DNA from: an uncultured delta proteobacterium
Lineage (GTDB): Bacteria > Desulfobacterota > Desulfomonilia > UBA1062
Reading direction: 5' to 3'
Length of the DNA: 64,000 nucleotides
Assembly: GCA_963798485.1 (NCBI GenBank)
Contig: CAWCTR010000030.1
Span: forward strand, 32,001-96,000
Every line of letters starts with the position of its first letter. The first letter of the stretch is position 1. The notes beneath the pieces were generated by a model, which was not told where the DNA came from, ran no database searches, and saw nothing but the letters and a program-made list of their open reading frames with translations. The position numbers were made by a program, and so were the translations under genes. Below are positions 20,701-30,057 of the stretch, piece by piece.

Positions 20701-23481
20701 CAATCGCCATGTGGTGCGCGAAACCGCATCCAGACTGTAGAACGCCTCATAGGGAAGGCAGGTCAGCGTGAATACCGCCCGGGCGAAGTTCCATCCGGCC
20801 AAACGTACTGAGGCTGAGAGGTGTTGGCCCAGCAGCACATCTCGCGGCTTCCGGCACATTTCAAGAACCGATGCAACCACGGGCTGAATCAGGAGGAGCC
20901 CGATCACCGAAACGGTCCAAAGCCAGGCCGGTGACAGGACACTCCAGGAAAGCAGCAACAGCAGGGTCAATGCCAGAGGCACGAGACTGCGACGCAGGTT
21001 GTCAAAGATCTTCCATTGTGACAGCCCGGTCAGAGGATTCTTCTCACGATGCCCGTCTTGAACCGGAACACGGGACAACAGCCAGCGCGCAATCTGCCAA
21101 TCGCCGCGAATCCACCGATACCGGCGATTCACGTCCGCGCTGTAGCGAGATGGATATTCCTCGTAGAGCAGAACATCAGAGAGCAGCCCGGAGCGGACAT
21201 AGCACCCTTCCACAAGGTCGTGGCTGAGGATTTTGTTCTCGGGGAATCGCCCATGAAGGGCCAGTTCAAACGCATCGACATCATAGATTCCCTTGCCGAT
21301 GAACGAACCCTCACCGAAAACATCCTGATAAATATCGGATATGACGCGGGTATACGGATCAATGCCCGGATCACTTCCATATAACCTGGCATACCACGAT
21401 CGGTTCGTACCCGGCAGGCTCACGGCCACACGCGGCTGCAGGATGCCGTACCCAATACTCACCCGCTGAATTTTTTCATCATAGAGCGCCCGATTCAGCG
21501 GATGGGCCATGGCTGCCACAAACTGTCTGGCCGAGTCGCGCGGGAGCCCTGTATCCGTGTCCAGGGTAATCACGTACTTAACGTCCAATAGCAGGTCCGT
21601 GTTCCCGACCAGAAGCGAGAAGTGATCCTTTGAACCACCGCGTAGAAGCGAATTCAAATCCGCAAGCTTTCCCCGCTTACGTTCGTAGCCCATCCAGATC
21701 CGCTCCTGCGGGTTCCAGAGGCGCGGTCGATGGAAAAGGAAGAACATATCGCCGTGAGCACCCCGGTACTTTTCATTCAGCTCTTCGATTTTCTTACCCA
21801 CCAGCCGCACCAGCGATTCATCCTGTGGTAAAGTTTTCTCATGTGCGTCGGTGAAGTCAGTCAGCAGGCCGAAGTGCAGGTTATCGTCACGATTCGCCAG
21901 GAACCGGACCTCGAGCGCCTCGACGAGATTCTCAATGTTCTGGGCGCTTCCAAGCATGGTCGGTATCACCACCAGGGTGTGGAATTCCGGAGGAATTCCT
22001 TCTGAAAAGTCCATACGCGGTAGCCTATGCGGCGTAACCAGAAATGTCGCCAGCCAGTTCACCAATGCGATAGCAAGATGACTGGTGCACAAAACCAAGA
22101 GGATACCGATCAGCGTGAGGAGCCGGCCATGAATCCCATCGGCATGAGCCTTAGCCAGCAGGCTTAAGGTAAAGATTGCTGTCGTCAGTATTATCGAGCC
22201 TAGATAGAGGGGCAAAGGAAATTGGCGGCTCATTCTCTGAAGGACCTCAGCATTGGACAGACGCATCTGTGCGAGGTGTTCCAGCTGCTGCAAGCCCTTG
22301 TCGATCAGATAGAACCCGACATGTGCCGATCGATCGTCGTCGCCGCCATTCTCAGCGCCATCGTGTGCCAGTCGGATCGCACGGCTCGCAACCTCTTCTT
22401 CGGTATTCATGCTGTTCTTCGCTATCTTCTCAACTACATGACGGTATCGATCACGGGTGGCAAAATCCATCTTGGGGTAGACTCCGGAAGGATCCTCACG
22501 CAGTATCTGCTCGACAAAGCTCCTCATCTCGACGAATTCTTGCCAGTCAATCGCCCCTAAGAGCCGGAGACTGCCGATACTGTTGCTTATGGAGACCTGG
22601 TCGGCGGCCTGTTGTTGGGCCTCCGACTGAACCAGCTGCTCAATGGTCAGACCGGGCTCAAAGAGCCACTGCTCGATCCAGGTGAGCGGCAACGCCAGAG
22701 CATGGCCCTGACCCTGCAAACGGCGCGTAAGTTCTGCAACAAATGAGCTCGACAGGGGTGGGTTTGAACGCGCCATGTCCGCGATCACCATGATCAGGCT
22801 CTTCGGGTCTTTCTCGGCGATTGCCGTCATCTTGTCCGCCCATGAGTCGGCCAGGTTCCGATCGAGTCTGTCAGCGGCGAGGCGAGCCCCAACACGCCGG
22901 AGATTCTCGATCAGTGCCAGGCGCAGCATTATGGGTATTGCCCATAATTCGCCCAACTTCAGCGCAGTGACCTGCTGGTAGGCTGCAATGAAACTGCTTA
23001 AGCTTCCCTCATCCACCCGTCCATCGCCGTGCGATATCGTCTCCAGGGCAATGTCATACACGCGTGGGAGCCCGGCCGATGGCCCGCTTAATAAGCGGGG
23101 CAGTTCCCGGCTGTAACCCTTAGGCAAGTGCTTTTTGGCTGTGCGAATCTGCTCTTTTATCAGGTAGAAATTATCAAGCAGCCATTCCCCGGCCGGCGCA
23201 ATCCGGCGGTTTGCCTTTACGGCCGAAGTCAGCAGGCTGCAGATTTCAGTCAGGACGCCTTCATTCTCGGTCAGTCTCGCCAGAAGCTGTTCCGGAGCGC
23301 GTTTCTTAACCAGCTTATGCGAGTTCGCCAGCACCCTTCCATGCTGCCTCATCTGATCACGGCTGAGCAGTTCCGCCCGCAACGGTGGCTCATCATGAGT
23401 GTATTTTTTTGCAGAATTTTCTTTGAAGCGTGACCTCAGAGAAAGCAAGGACTTTCGAATCGTTGTATTGACAACATTCAC
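14767..23481 (-). CDS. ndvB: Cyclic beta-1,2-glucan synthase (GT84 + glycoamylase-like domain + GH94 phosphorylase domain)
   Basis: 2904 aa; EWLLDNFY, ERKRGKL, TLDTDT, GKGIYDVDAF, SHDLVEG, RWIRGDWQ, GSMFEYLMP, YQSGGAFGFRDQLQD, GDWNDG, GVRENGGQYTH. Confidence 0.93.
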   Translation of the reverse strand: MNVVNTTIRKSLLSLRSRFKENSAKKYTHDEPPLRAELLSRDQMRQHGRVLANSHKLVKKRAPEQLLARLTENEGVLTEICSLLTSAVKANRRIAPAGEWLLDNFYLIKEQIRTAKKHLPKGYSRELPRLLSGPSAGLPRVYDIALETISHGDGRVDEGSLSSFIAAYQQVTALKLGELWAIPIMLRLALIENLRRVGARLAADRLDRNLADSWADKMTAIAEKDPKSLIMVIADMARSNPPLSSSFVAELTRRLQGQGHALALPLTWIEQWLFEPGLTIEQLVQSEAQQQAADQVSISNSIGSLRLLGAIDWQEFVEMRSFVEQILREDPSGVYPKMDFATRDRYRHVVEKIAKNSMNTEEEVASRAIRLAHDGAENGGDDDRSAHVGFYLIDKGLQQLEHLAQMRLSNAEVLQRMSRQFPLPLYLGSIILTTAIFTLSLLAKAHADGIHGRLLTLIGILLVLCTSHLAIALVNWLATFLVTPHRLPRMDFSEGIPPEFHTLVVIPTMLGSAQNIENLVEALEVRFLANRDDNLHFGLLTDFTDAHEKTLPQDESLVRLVGKKIEELNEKYRGAHGDMFFLFHRPRLWNPQERIWMGYERKRGKLADLNSLLRGGSKDHFSLLVGNTDLLLDVKYVITLDTDTGLPRDSARQFVAAMAHPLNRALYDEKIQRVSIGYGILQPRVAVSLPGTNRSWYARLYGSDPGIDPYTRVISDIYQDVFGEGSFIGKGIYDVDAFELALHGRFPENKILSHDLVEGCYVRSGLLSDVLLYEEYPSRYSADVNRRYRWIRGDWQIARWLLSRVPVQDGHREKNPLTGLSQWKIFDNLRRSLVPLALTLLLLLSWSVLSPAWLWTVSVIGLLLIQPVVASVLEMCRKPRDVLLGQHLSASVRLAGWNFARAVFTLTCLPYEAFYSLDAVSRTTWRLLIARKRLLEWNTSGNPDSRTNLLGSCRTMWLAPCLSIAAIIRLALSRPASLVYAWPILGLWFASPAVAWWISRPFALPEAQLSVDQTIFLRKIARKTWAFFETFVGPEDHWLPPDSYQENRPAPVAHRTSPTNMGIALLANLTAYDFGYIPLGHVLNRTANAIRTMEALERYQGHFYNWYDTQSLNPQPPLYISSVDSGNLGAHLLTLRSGLLALPGHKIVSPQMFEGLSDILGIIMEDAGEDASATLTGFQSDLASATLSRPVTLSAVRLCIERLTAFAEDLVRPLAAGPESEAKWWASAIARQCRNALDELTFLAPWTALPGVPERLSDFKIIGEIPTLAELARLDKELLPEISRLQAAYETPGETLWLLQLRDLISEASSRAQERIATIATLARQLNELANMEYGFLYDKARHLLSIGYNVGEDRRDSSFYDLLASEARLSCFVAIAQGQLPQESWFALGRLLTNVGGDPVLLSWDGSMFEYLMPLLVMPTYENTLLDRTYKAAVARQIEYGKHRGVPWGISESGYNMVDVHLNYQYRAFGVPGLGLKRGLAEDIVITPYASALALMVAPEAACLNLQRLAGQGFAGRFGLFEAIDYTPSRQTRGQPYAVVRSFMAHHQGMSLLALDYILMDHPMQQRFESDPLFRSTTLLLQERVPKATAFYSHTTELSDLRTTPVGPETPVRVLSTPDTPVPEVQLLSNRRYHVMITNSGGGYSRWKDIAVTRWREDTTSDNWGTFCYIRDRESEEFWSSTYQPTLKQPKFYEVIFSEGRAEFRRRDNDIDMHTEIAVSPEDDIELRRVRITNRSRRHREIEVTSYTEVVLAPAATDALHPAFSNLFVQTEILHQHRAILCTRRRRSKDEPVPWMFHLMAVHGVDTGEVSYETDRMRFIGRTNTLAFPQALRGSAALSGSDGSVLDPIVAIRHLIMLDPGKSATIDMVTGVGETRDSALSLIEKYPDRRLADRVFDLAWTHSQVTLRQLNITEADAQLYGRLAGSVIYANSSLRAETSLLIKNNRGQSGLWGYAISGDFPIVLLKIKDPSNIELVRQLVQAHAYWRLKGLTVDLVIWNEDHAGYRQLLHDQIMGLIAAGIEVNVTDRPGGIFVRLAEQISNEDRILFQTVARAIITDSRGALAEQLYRRGIVEPALPYLIPTRTHRLEPKTVGALPRHDLNFFNGIGGFTPDGKEYVITTAQDQVTPAPWVNVLANPHFGTIVSESGVAYTWSENAHEFRLTPWNNDPVGDSSGEAFYLRDEERGHFWSPMPLPSQGAMPYVTRHGFGYSVFEHTERGIRSEVWIYVALDAPVKFTVLKVRNESGRSRRLSVTGYVEWVLGDLRPKSAMHVITEIDPASGALFARNPYNTEFPGRIAFFDVDDMTRSVSGDRTEFIGRGGTLKNPAALKRMRLSNKVGAALDPCAAIQVPFELADGQEREIIFRLGTGQDADDTVNLVHRFRGSAAARGELETLWQYWNHTLGAIQVETPDMAVNIMANGWLLYQTLVCRLWARSGYYQSGGAFGFRDQLQDVMALIHTQPHLVREHLLKCAARQFKEGDVQHWWHPPLGRGVRTHCSDDFLWLVMATCRYVLSTGDTGVLDEPVGFIEGRPVNTDEDSYYDLPAQSGVVAGLYEHCVRAIVKGLDFGEHGLPLMGSGDWNDGMNLVGEHGKGESVWLAFFLYDVLMQFREVARRTLDLSFAERCLQEAQVLRENIERNGWDGQWYRRAFFDDGTPLGSASNPECRIDSIAQSWSVLSGAGDPVRSRLAMEAFDKQLIDREHSLIRLLYPPFDKSDLNPGYIKGYVPGVRENGGQYTHGAIWATMAFAALGDSPRAWELFAMINPINHARSAGEAGTYKVEPYVVAADVYALSPHTGRGGWTWYTGSAAWMYRLIVESLLGLKLDVDKLRFTPCLPIKGWDTFKVLYRYRETIYHINVVQTHDVAGEIRVEVDGQGQPDKAIPLVDDHQEHKVEVKIPAAVT

Positions 23482-23905
23482 TCTTGAGGTCTCCTTTTAG
23501 ACCTACCTCATGTTCATGGCGGGACACATCACTGAAATCCTCAATTTATCTTACCCGGAAGGGTAGGTCCAGTTTAATCGGTTCTATTTTGTGCAAACTG
23601 ATGTTAAGCTGGTTTATCTCTGAATAAATCGAGGGTGATTGTTTGGAAATAATGAAAAGAGAAGTTCATGAACTTTCACAACAGCTCCTGCACAAGGAAT
23701 ATGATTCGCCTTCTGACCTTGTTGATAGAAGGGCTGAAAGGAGTAAAGCCGGAAGGCAAATACTATTGAACTTGGGAAGACTCTTATATATTCTTGCGGA
23801 GTCTGTCGCCCATTAAAAATATTTTCTATAACCAAGATAATAATTAATTGTCTCTATCCATGAGAACATACAATGAATGCAGGAATCAGAAAAAAGGGCA
23901 TTGAA

Positions 23906-25228
23906 ATGTTTTGGAATATGAGGCTTCTGAAAAACCTGGCATCATTGCGCCTTACCGTGGGGCTTCTGCTCTGGCTCGCCTTTCTGTGCATTCTCGGTAC
24001 CATCATACCCCAGCAGCCCTTTCCCTCAGCAGCCGGTGTGCCCTTTGCCATGCATGTTATCATGCTGTTGAGCCTGAGAGACGTATTCCATTCTCTCTGG
24101 TTCCTCATCCCCACGACAGGGCTCTGCTTGAACGCGATTGCCTGCATGTATCTGTGGAGGAAGGCCTTTGGAGGGTCCTCCTTCATGCCCAAGGCCGGCC
24201 TGTATGAGGTAACCATTCCCGATGAAGGCAGGCAGGATCAGATCAGTGAGGATATCACCAGCTTCATGAACGACACGCACAGGACACTCCGCTACTATGA
24301 AGGTAGCAGAGAGATTATCATGGGAGAAAAGGGGAGGGCCCGTCGGTTTGCACCGTTTATAGTGCACGGCAGCATCCTCATGATCCTGCTTGGTGCGGGT
24401 CTGGGGTTTCTCGGTTACAAGGGGAGCCTTGAAGTCCCTGTGGGCCGGACATCGGATACGGTCACGCTGAGCAACGGATCGATCATGCACCTGCCTTTTC
24501 AGGTCCGTTGTGATGACTTCAAGATGGAGCTCTACGACAACGGCATGCCCAAGGAGTACCGCTCAGAGATCTCGTTCCTTCAAAGAGGCAGTATCGCCCG
24601 GCATGCATCCGTCCTGGTCAATCATCCGGTGAGCTTCAGCCGTGTCCTATTCTCGCAGAGCGGATACAACCAGAACCTTATGGCAACCATAACAGTGAGC
24701 ACCCCTGCCGGCAACGACCAGATCAATGCAGCCGAGGGTGCGGTCATTGAGTTGCATGACACCGGATACAAGGCCCATGTAGTCAAGGTTGTGGAGGACA
24801 TCATGCATATGGGCCCCGGCGTTCAGCTTGTCGTTGAGACACCCAAGGGCGCGCAGGAGGTGTGGGTCTTCAAACAGATTGAACAGATCCAGGCTATGCA
24901 CCCCGGGATCATTGAAAAGATGCCCCAGTTCAATCCTTCCCTTGTTAAGCCTTACACCTTCTCCCTGATGGGCGTCACCGGCAGCTACACCACGATCCTG
25001 GGCATCAATTACGACCCCGGGGTCGTCTTTGTGGGGCTGGGGTCAGTCCTCTTCATGGCAGGCATCTGCATTGCCTTCATGGTTGTCCATGAAAGGGTCT
25101 GGATTTCCCTGGAAAAGGCGCCGCCGGGCCTGACGATCAAGGTCGCACAGCGCAGCAACACAAGACCGGCTGCTATCAGTCCGCGTATCCTGGAACACCT
25201 CAGCAGCCTTACCGGGGTAAAATCATGA
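23906..25228 (+). CDS. resB: Cytochrome c biogenesis protein ResB/Ccs1 (system II)
   Basis: LASLRLTV...ILGTIIPQ; VFHSLWF; conserved His IVHGS; NHP; YDPG; start uncertain (23873-23918). Confidence 0.85.
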   Translation: MFWNMRLLKNLASLRLTVGLLLWLAFLCILGTIIPQQPFPSAAGVPFAMHVIMLLSLRDVFHSLWFLIPTTGLCLNAIACMYLWRKAFGGSSFMPKAGLYEVTIPDEGRQDQISEDITSFMNDTHRTLRYYEGSREIIMGEKGRARRFAPFIVHGSILMILLGAGLGFLGYKGSLEVPVGRTSDTVTLSNGSIMHLPFQVRCDDFKMELYDNGMPKEYRSEISFLQRGSIARHASVLVNHPVSFSRVLFSQSGYNQNLMATITVSTPAGNDQINAAEGAVIELHDTGYKAHVVKVVEDIMHMGPGVQLVVETPKGAQEVWVFKQIEQIQAMHPGIIEKMPQFNPSLVKPYTFSLMGVTGSYTTILGINYDPGVVFVGLGSVLFMAGICIAFMVVHERVWISLEKAPPGLTIKVAQRSNTRPAAISPRILEHLSSLTGVKS

Positions 25229-26025
25229 ACACCATGATCTTTGCCGCTGTCACCTTTGTCTATCTTGCTTCATTTGTTATCTTCCTCTTGGCAGAGGTTG
25301 CGGGCCGTGCAGCATGGGTCCGTGCAGGGAAGACGGTGGCCGTAACGGGACTTGTCTTCCACACCCTTGGGATCGCCATCAGGTGGGCGGAGTCACACCA
25401 GGCAGGCATCGGCCATGCCCCGCTGTCGAATTTCTATGAGTCCCTGGTCTTCTTCTCCTGGTCTGTCTGCCTGCTCTACCTCATCTATGCCTGGAAGGAG
25501 ACAAAAGGCCTCATCGGGGTATTTGTTCTGCCTGCGGCCTGCCTGCTCATGGCCTATGCATCCTTTTCCCCCACCGTGGATACCCGCATCCAGCCCTTAA
25601 TCCCTGCGCTCAAGAGCAACTGGCTCATCATCCATGTGGTCACATGTTTCTTGGGGTATGGGGCCTTTTTCATGGCCTCTTCATTCGGGGTCGTTTCTCT
25701 TGTGAACAAGGGCTCGGCAGAAGCTCAAGCCTCCCTGGCCGACATGCTTGAAAAGAGCCTCAAGACCGGGTTCATCCTGTTCACCTTCGGCATCATCACC
25801 GGCTCCGTATGGGCACATTTTGCCTGGGGGAGGTACTGGGGCTGGGATCCCAAGGAGACCTGGGCACTCATCACCTGGCTCATCTATGCGGCTGCCATCC
25901 ATGTGAGAGTACGTGACGGGTCTGTGAGCAGGCGCGTCGCCATCATCACCATTATCGGGCTTGTGAGTGTCCTGTTCACCTACTTCGGGGTGAACTACCT
26001 GCCCGGGCTTCACAGCTATAAATAA
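25225..26025 (+). CDS. ccsA: Cytochrome c biogenesis protein CcsA/ResC
   Basis: HAPLSNFYESL; WWD domain WAHFAWGRYWGWDPKETW; GLHSY; ATGA overlap with resB. Confidence 0.93.
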   Translation: MNTMIFAAVTFVYLASFVIFLLAEVAGRAAWVRAGKTVAVTGLVFHTLGIAIRWAESHQAGIGHAPLSNFYESLVFFSWSVCLLYLIYAWKETKGLIGVFVLPAACLLMAYASFSPTVDTRIQPLIPALKSNWLIIHVVTCFLGYGAFFMASSFGVVSLVNKGSAEAQASLADMLEKSLKTGFILFTFGIITGSVWAHFAWGRYWGWDPKETWALITWLIYAAAIHVRVRDGSVSRRVAIITIIGLVSVLFTYFGVNYLPGLHSYK

Positions 26026-26178
26026 CTTACCTGCATAGGGGCCCGCCGTTCCTGCCTGAAGCTGCGGGCATCAATGAAGATGCTGCCGGTAAGCCGACAG
26101 GACTAATCACTTGATACTTTCGACGCAAGACATTACATGGTACCTGAAATCATACGAATAACATAGGAGAGTGACATC

Positions 26179-26754
26179 ATGGATATAGTGAACCGTTTTT
26201 CAAAGATAACCTTCATGGCCGTAGCGTTTCTGGCAGTTTCCTTGATTATCTTTGCTGCCCCGTCAATGGCCAGGGCCGAGACAGCCAAGGAGATTGACGT
26301 GAGCACTGATGTGGCCCTGGAAAATTTTGCAAAAGAGGTCAAGGGCGCAAAGGAATTCCTCCAGGCATCCAAGGGGGTCCTCGTGTTCCCCACGGTTTAC
26401 AAGGCCGGCTTCTTCTGGTTGGGGGGCGAGTATGGCGAAGGGGCGCTGCGTATCGACGGGAAGACAACTGATTATTATAACATCGCCGCCGGCTCGCTGG
26501 GATTCCAGCTTGGCGCCCAGGTCAAGACCGTGATCCTCGTGTTCCTCCAGAAGGACGCCCTGGAACAGTTCCGCAAGAGCGAGGGGTGGAAGGCGGGCGT
26601 TGACGGCTCCGTGGCCGTGGCAGATGTGGGTGTGGGCCAGGCTCTTGACTCCACAACCTTTAAGGAGCCTATCATCGGCTTTATCATAGACCAGAAGGGG
26701 CTGATGTATAACCTTACCCTCGAAGGGGCGAAGTTTACCAAGATCACTAAATGA
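26179..26754 (+). CDS. Exported YSC84/SYLF lipid-binding domain protein
   Basis: Signal peptide; KGVLVFP...GGEYGEG...GSLGFQLGAQ...GLMYNLTLEGAKFT. Confidence 0.75.
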   Translation: MDIVNRFSKITFMAVAFLAVSLIIFAAPSMARAETAKEIDVSTDVALENFAKEVKGAKEFLQASKGVLVFPTVYKAGFFWLGGEYGEGALRIDGKTTDYYNIAAGSLGFQLGAQVKTVILVFLQKDALEQFRKSEGWKAGVDGSVAVADVGVGQALDSTTFKEPIIGFIIDQKGLMYNLTLEGAKFTKITK

Positions 26755-26830
26755 AGCGATACATATTCAATCAATACAGAATAACGGTCGCTTACCTTGT
26801 TTTACCTGTGGGAGACGGCCAGGGGATCTT

Positions 26831-28693
26831 GTGAAGGTCGCACTCATCCAGCTTCCGTTGCAGTCGCATGATTATGTCTATTCCCTTGAGAACATGCCCC
26901 TGGCCGCAGGGTATCTGGCTTCTTATGCATCGGCCGGGAATGTACCTACGGATATCATTATCTGTCCTGCAGACATCGCGAACCTTGGTGGGGATGCGGC
27001 AATCCTCCGCTGGGTAGAAGAGATCCGGCCCGATATGGTGGGATTCAGCTGCTATTTGTGGAACATCCAGCGCACATTGTACCTTTGCAGTGTCATCAGG
27101 CAAAGCCTGGAGGATTGTATCATAGTGCTGGGCGGGCCCGAGGTCACAGCGGACAATGATTTTCTCCTGAGCCATGACTGCTTCCACTTCGGCGTGGCGG
27201 GAGAGGGTGAAGAGACCTTTGTAGATTTGCTCAATGCCGCAGCCCATGGCATGCAGGGCGTCCTCGATATCCCGGGGCTCATGGTGAGACAGGGTCTCAA
27301 GGCTGTGTTCACAAAACCGAGAAGCCTCCTGACCAACCTGGACAGGGTGCCTTCTCCCTACCTGAACAATATACTGACACCAGGCCTGAACAAGGGCATG
27401 GTCATGGAGACAGTAAGGGGCTGTCCCATGCGGTGCGCATACTGCTACTATCACAAGAGCTCCCCTGTGGTACGCACATTCAGGGCAGGCCGGATAGGCG
27501 AAGAGCTCAGGTGGGCCGGACAGAAAGGCATCCATGAGGCGACTATCATCGACCCATGTTTTGTAAGGAGACCTGATCTTGATGTGCTCCTCGCTGCCAT
27601 GGCCTCAGCCCGGTCTGATAAACTCCGGTTCAGCTGTGAACTGATCGCTGAGGACATCACCCCTGTCCTTGTGGATGCACTTGTTGCAGCAGGTCTTGCC
27701 CATGTGGAGATAGGGCTCCAGAGCACCAATGAAAAGGCATTGCGCAACATCAACAGACCCTTCGAGCGGGATGCCTTTATCCATGGCGTAAGGCTGCTCC
27801 GTTCAGCAGGGGTAAGGGTTATGACGGATATCATGGCGGGGCTGCCGGGCGATACCCTGGGGGATGTGAAGCGTTCCATCGATTTCGTGCTCGCACAAGA
27901 CCTCTGCGATGACCTGAGCCTCTATCCCTTGAGCATCCTACCCGGTACGAAGCTCAGGCACAAGGCCCGGCAGTTCGGCATCAATTATCAGCATGAGCCG
28001 CCTTACCTTGTCACAAAGACGTTTCACATGGATTGTGATGAAATTCGTGAGGCCTTCACCTATGCCGAAGAGGCGACAGGGAGAGACTTGTTCCCTGTTG
28101 AGCTTCCGCGCATTGGCCCCAGCAAGGGGCACAAAAACGGGAAGACCGTCCAGAGGATCGTTATCGATGATAGTGGTAAAGGCCTTCATGTTTCACCTTG
28201 CGAGATAGGACAGGCCCTTTGCATCGAGGTGCCTGGCCGTATCTTCCTGGACAGCCGGGATTCCCTCCGGACAACAATGCAGGCACTCCTTGTGGAGAAC
28301 CCCTTTACCCTGGTGAGCTGGATCATACCTGAAGAGGCCTTTCACACAGATAAGACATCAGAATTCATCACCTCTGTCGGCATCGGCAAGGCGCATCCCA
28401 TAGACAGCGAATACATGGCCACCTTCACCCCAAAGAGGTCATGCCAGCTCTTTCTTAAGGGTAGTACAACGAACGGCGGATGCATCTATACCCAGATACC
28501 GCTCCATCCGGACCCATCAAGACCCATCTGGGCGGCCCTGCCTGAAGATGCCGGACCCGAAGAGGAGCAGAGCCATAGCCGGCATATGGAAGGGCTTCTG
28601 GGATTCAAGCCCGATATCCGTTATCATGACCTGGAAGCACACCGGCACGATGCCCTTGATGACCTGCTTACGGAAAGGAACATATCGTCTTGA
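26831..28693 (+). CDS. Cobalamin-binding radical SAM protein
   Basis: PLAAGYL, GFSCYLWN, LGGPEV, GEGE, RGCPMRCAYC, EIGLQS. Confidence 0.85.
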   Translation: MKVALIQLPLQSHDYVYSLENMPLAAGYLASYASAGNVPTDIIICPADIANLGGDAAILRWVEEIRPDMVGFSCYLWNIQRTLYLCSVIRQSLEDCIIVLGGPEVTADNDFLLSHDCFHFGVAGEGEETFVDLLNAAAHGMQGVLDIPGLMVRQGLKAVFTKPRSLLTNLDRVPSPYLNNILTPGLNKGMVMETVRGCPMRCAYCYYHKSSPVVRTFRAGRIGEELRWAGQKGIHEATIIDPCFVRRPDLDVLLAAMASARSDKLRFSCELIAEDITPVLVDALVAAGLAHVEIGLQSTNEKALRNINRPFERDAFIHGVRLLRSAGVRVMTDIMAGLPGDTLGDVKRSIDFVLAQDLCDDLSLYPLSILPGTKLRHKARQFGINYQHEPPYLVTKTFHMDCDEIREAFTYAEEATGRDLFPVELPRIGPSKGHKNGKTVQRIVIDDSGKGLHVSPCEIGQALCIEVPGRIFLDSRDSLRTTMQALLVENPFTLVSWIIPEEAFHTDKTSEFITSVGIGKAHPIDSEYMATFTPKRSCQLFLKGSTTNGGCIYTQIPLHPDPSRPIWAALPEDAGPEEEQSHSRHMEGLLGFKPDIRYHDLEAHRHDALDDLLTERNISS

Positions 28694-28707
28694 GGGATCG
28701 AGCCATC

Positions 28708-30045
28708 TCAGTAATACTCCAGCAGCCCCGAACGAAGTGCCTCTGCCTGGATGATCTTCTGCCATTTCTTTGCATGTGATTCGCTCAGGTCTAATGCAAG
28801 GGCCTTTTCATAGATGGCATCCATTTCTTCAGGCTTTGGATCTTCGAGGAAGGCATCCCTGAAGAGCTCAATCTCCGGGCCTGAGAGCTCGATATCCTTA
28901 AAGGCCGTGGCACGTTCGATAGCGATCTTCTTGCCTGATGCAAGCCTGATCTCCCTGAATGGGTTATGGTAGGTGATGCCCGGGCGCACCGTGGCAATGG
29001 CGTAAGACAGTCTCATTGCCTGAGCCATGGTCTCCGGGTGCCCATCCCTACGGATTATGCGGATCATGCCTGCCTTTGTTACATCCTCGAACGGCTTGGA
29101 CATGAGCGGGGCCCACCGCGCCCGTGAGGACCTCGTCTGGAACCGGTGGCGGTAGATGAGCGAGCAGTAGTTGACGCCCAGGTTTAGGTCTTCGTCCATG
29201 GCGTATCTCAGCAGCTTCAGGGCCGTAAGCTCGGATTCGAGGATCCCGACCTGGGGCCCGTGGAGAAAGGTGTAGCCGTGTTCGGCTAGTTGCTTCCAAT
29301 TGTGCTTTGTGCAGCGGATCTGGTGGAGGTTAAGGAAGGATATCCCAGCATCGGCCATCTCAGAGATCTTCGTCTTCATGGTTTCGTAATCTTCGGGTAT
29401 GGCCGGTATCTCCACGGTGACGTTTTCGATAATGCGTGAGGCCATCTGCGCCTTGGCCAGGTCGTATCCGGTGGCGGTGATGTTGAAACGGATCTCGTTC
29501 AGCCCTGCATCAGCGAGCATACTGAGCTTTTCTTCGGTGGCAAGGGTGCCGTTGGTGTAGAGCCAGAGATAGATGCGTTTCCCAAGGCGTTCCTTGATAT
29601 GTTTGACGAACGAGACGGTCTTGTCAAAGGTGAGCAGTGGCTCGCCGCCGCTGATGCTCGCACCGGTGAATGTGAATTCTTCGAGGTAGTCTGCATAGTC
29701 CTTGGGCGATGAGAAGGTGAGCGTGCTTGTGCCCGGCTCATCCGGATTGTCCTGCCTTGCCGGGCAGAAGAAGCACCCGGCGTTGCACAGGTTGTTGATG
29801 AAGAGGCACGACCATGCCCCTTCACCGCAGAGACGGCAGCCGGGTGAGATATTCTTATGAAAGGGCTTCGTGTTGTTGAATAAAAGGAGGCCTTTCTTCC
29901 TGATATCATAGAGCAGATTTTCTCTTATGGTTTCTGTCTGTGCAGCCTCTTGCAGACTTAGCCACCGCATTGCCGCGGCATCGGGGCCATACTCATCCAG
30001 GTTGTTTTGTACAATGGCGGCATGATCAAGTTCGGGTATAAGCAT
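28708..30045 (-). CDS. Radical SAM protein (PFL-activating-enzyme-related, COG2108-like)
   Basis: SPGCRLC followed by CNAGCFFC; ISGGEPLL; LYTNG; EIRF; VEIPAIP. Confidence 0.8.
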   Translation of the reverse strand: MLIPELDHAAIVQNNLDEYGPDAAAMRWLSLQEAAQTETIRENLLYDIRKKGLLLFNNTKPFHKNISPGCRLCGEGAWSCLFINNLCNAGCFFCPARQDNPDEPGTSTLTFSSPKDYADYLEEFTFTGASISGGEPLLTFDKTVSFVKHIKERLGKRIYLWLYTNGTLATEEKLSMLADAGLNEIRFNITATGYDLAKAQMASRIIENVTVEIPAIPEDYETMKTKISEMADAGISFLNLHQIRCTKHNWKQLAEHGYTFLHGPQVGILESELTALKLLRYAMDEDLNLGVNYCSLIYRHRFQTRSSRARWAPLMSKPFEDVTKAGMIRIIRRDGHPETMAQAMRLSYAIATVRPGITYHNPFREIRLASGKKIAIERATAFKDIELSGPEIELFRDAFLEDPKPEEMDAIYEKALALDLSESHAKKWQKIIQAEALRSGLLEYY

Positions 30046-30057
30046 GGATATGTCCTA

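Noticed and set aside
6027-23500. Classical integrase-driven genomic island or prophage at tRNA-Leu
   Set aside because: No integrase, no phage genes and no duplicated tRNA 3' end (attR) were seen in the window.
23482-23872. c-di-GMP riboswitch or small ORF (23614-23835) between ndvB and resB
   Set aside because: GGCAAA is present, but the GEMM stems and GACGCAAAG motif are not; the ORF is AT-rich with no protein signature.
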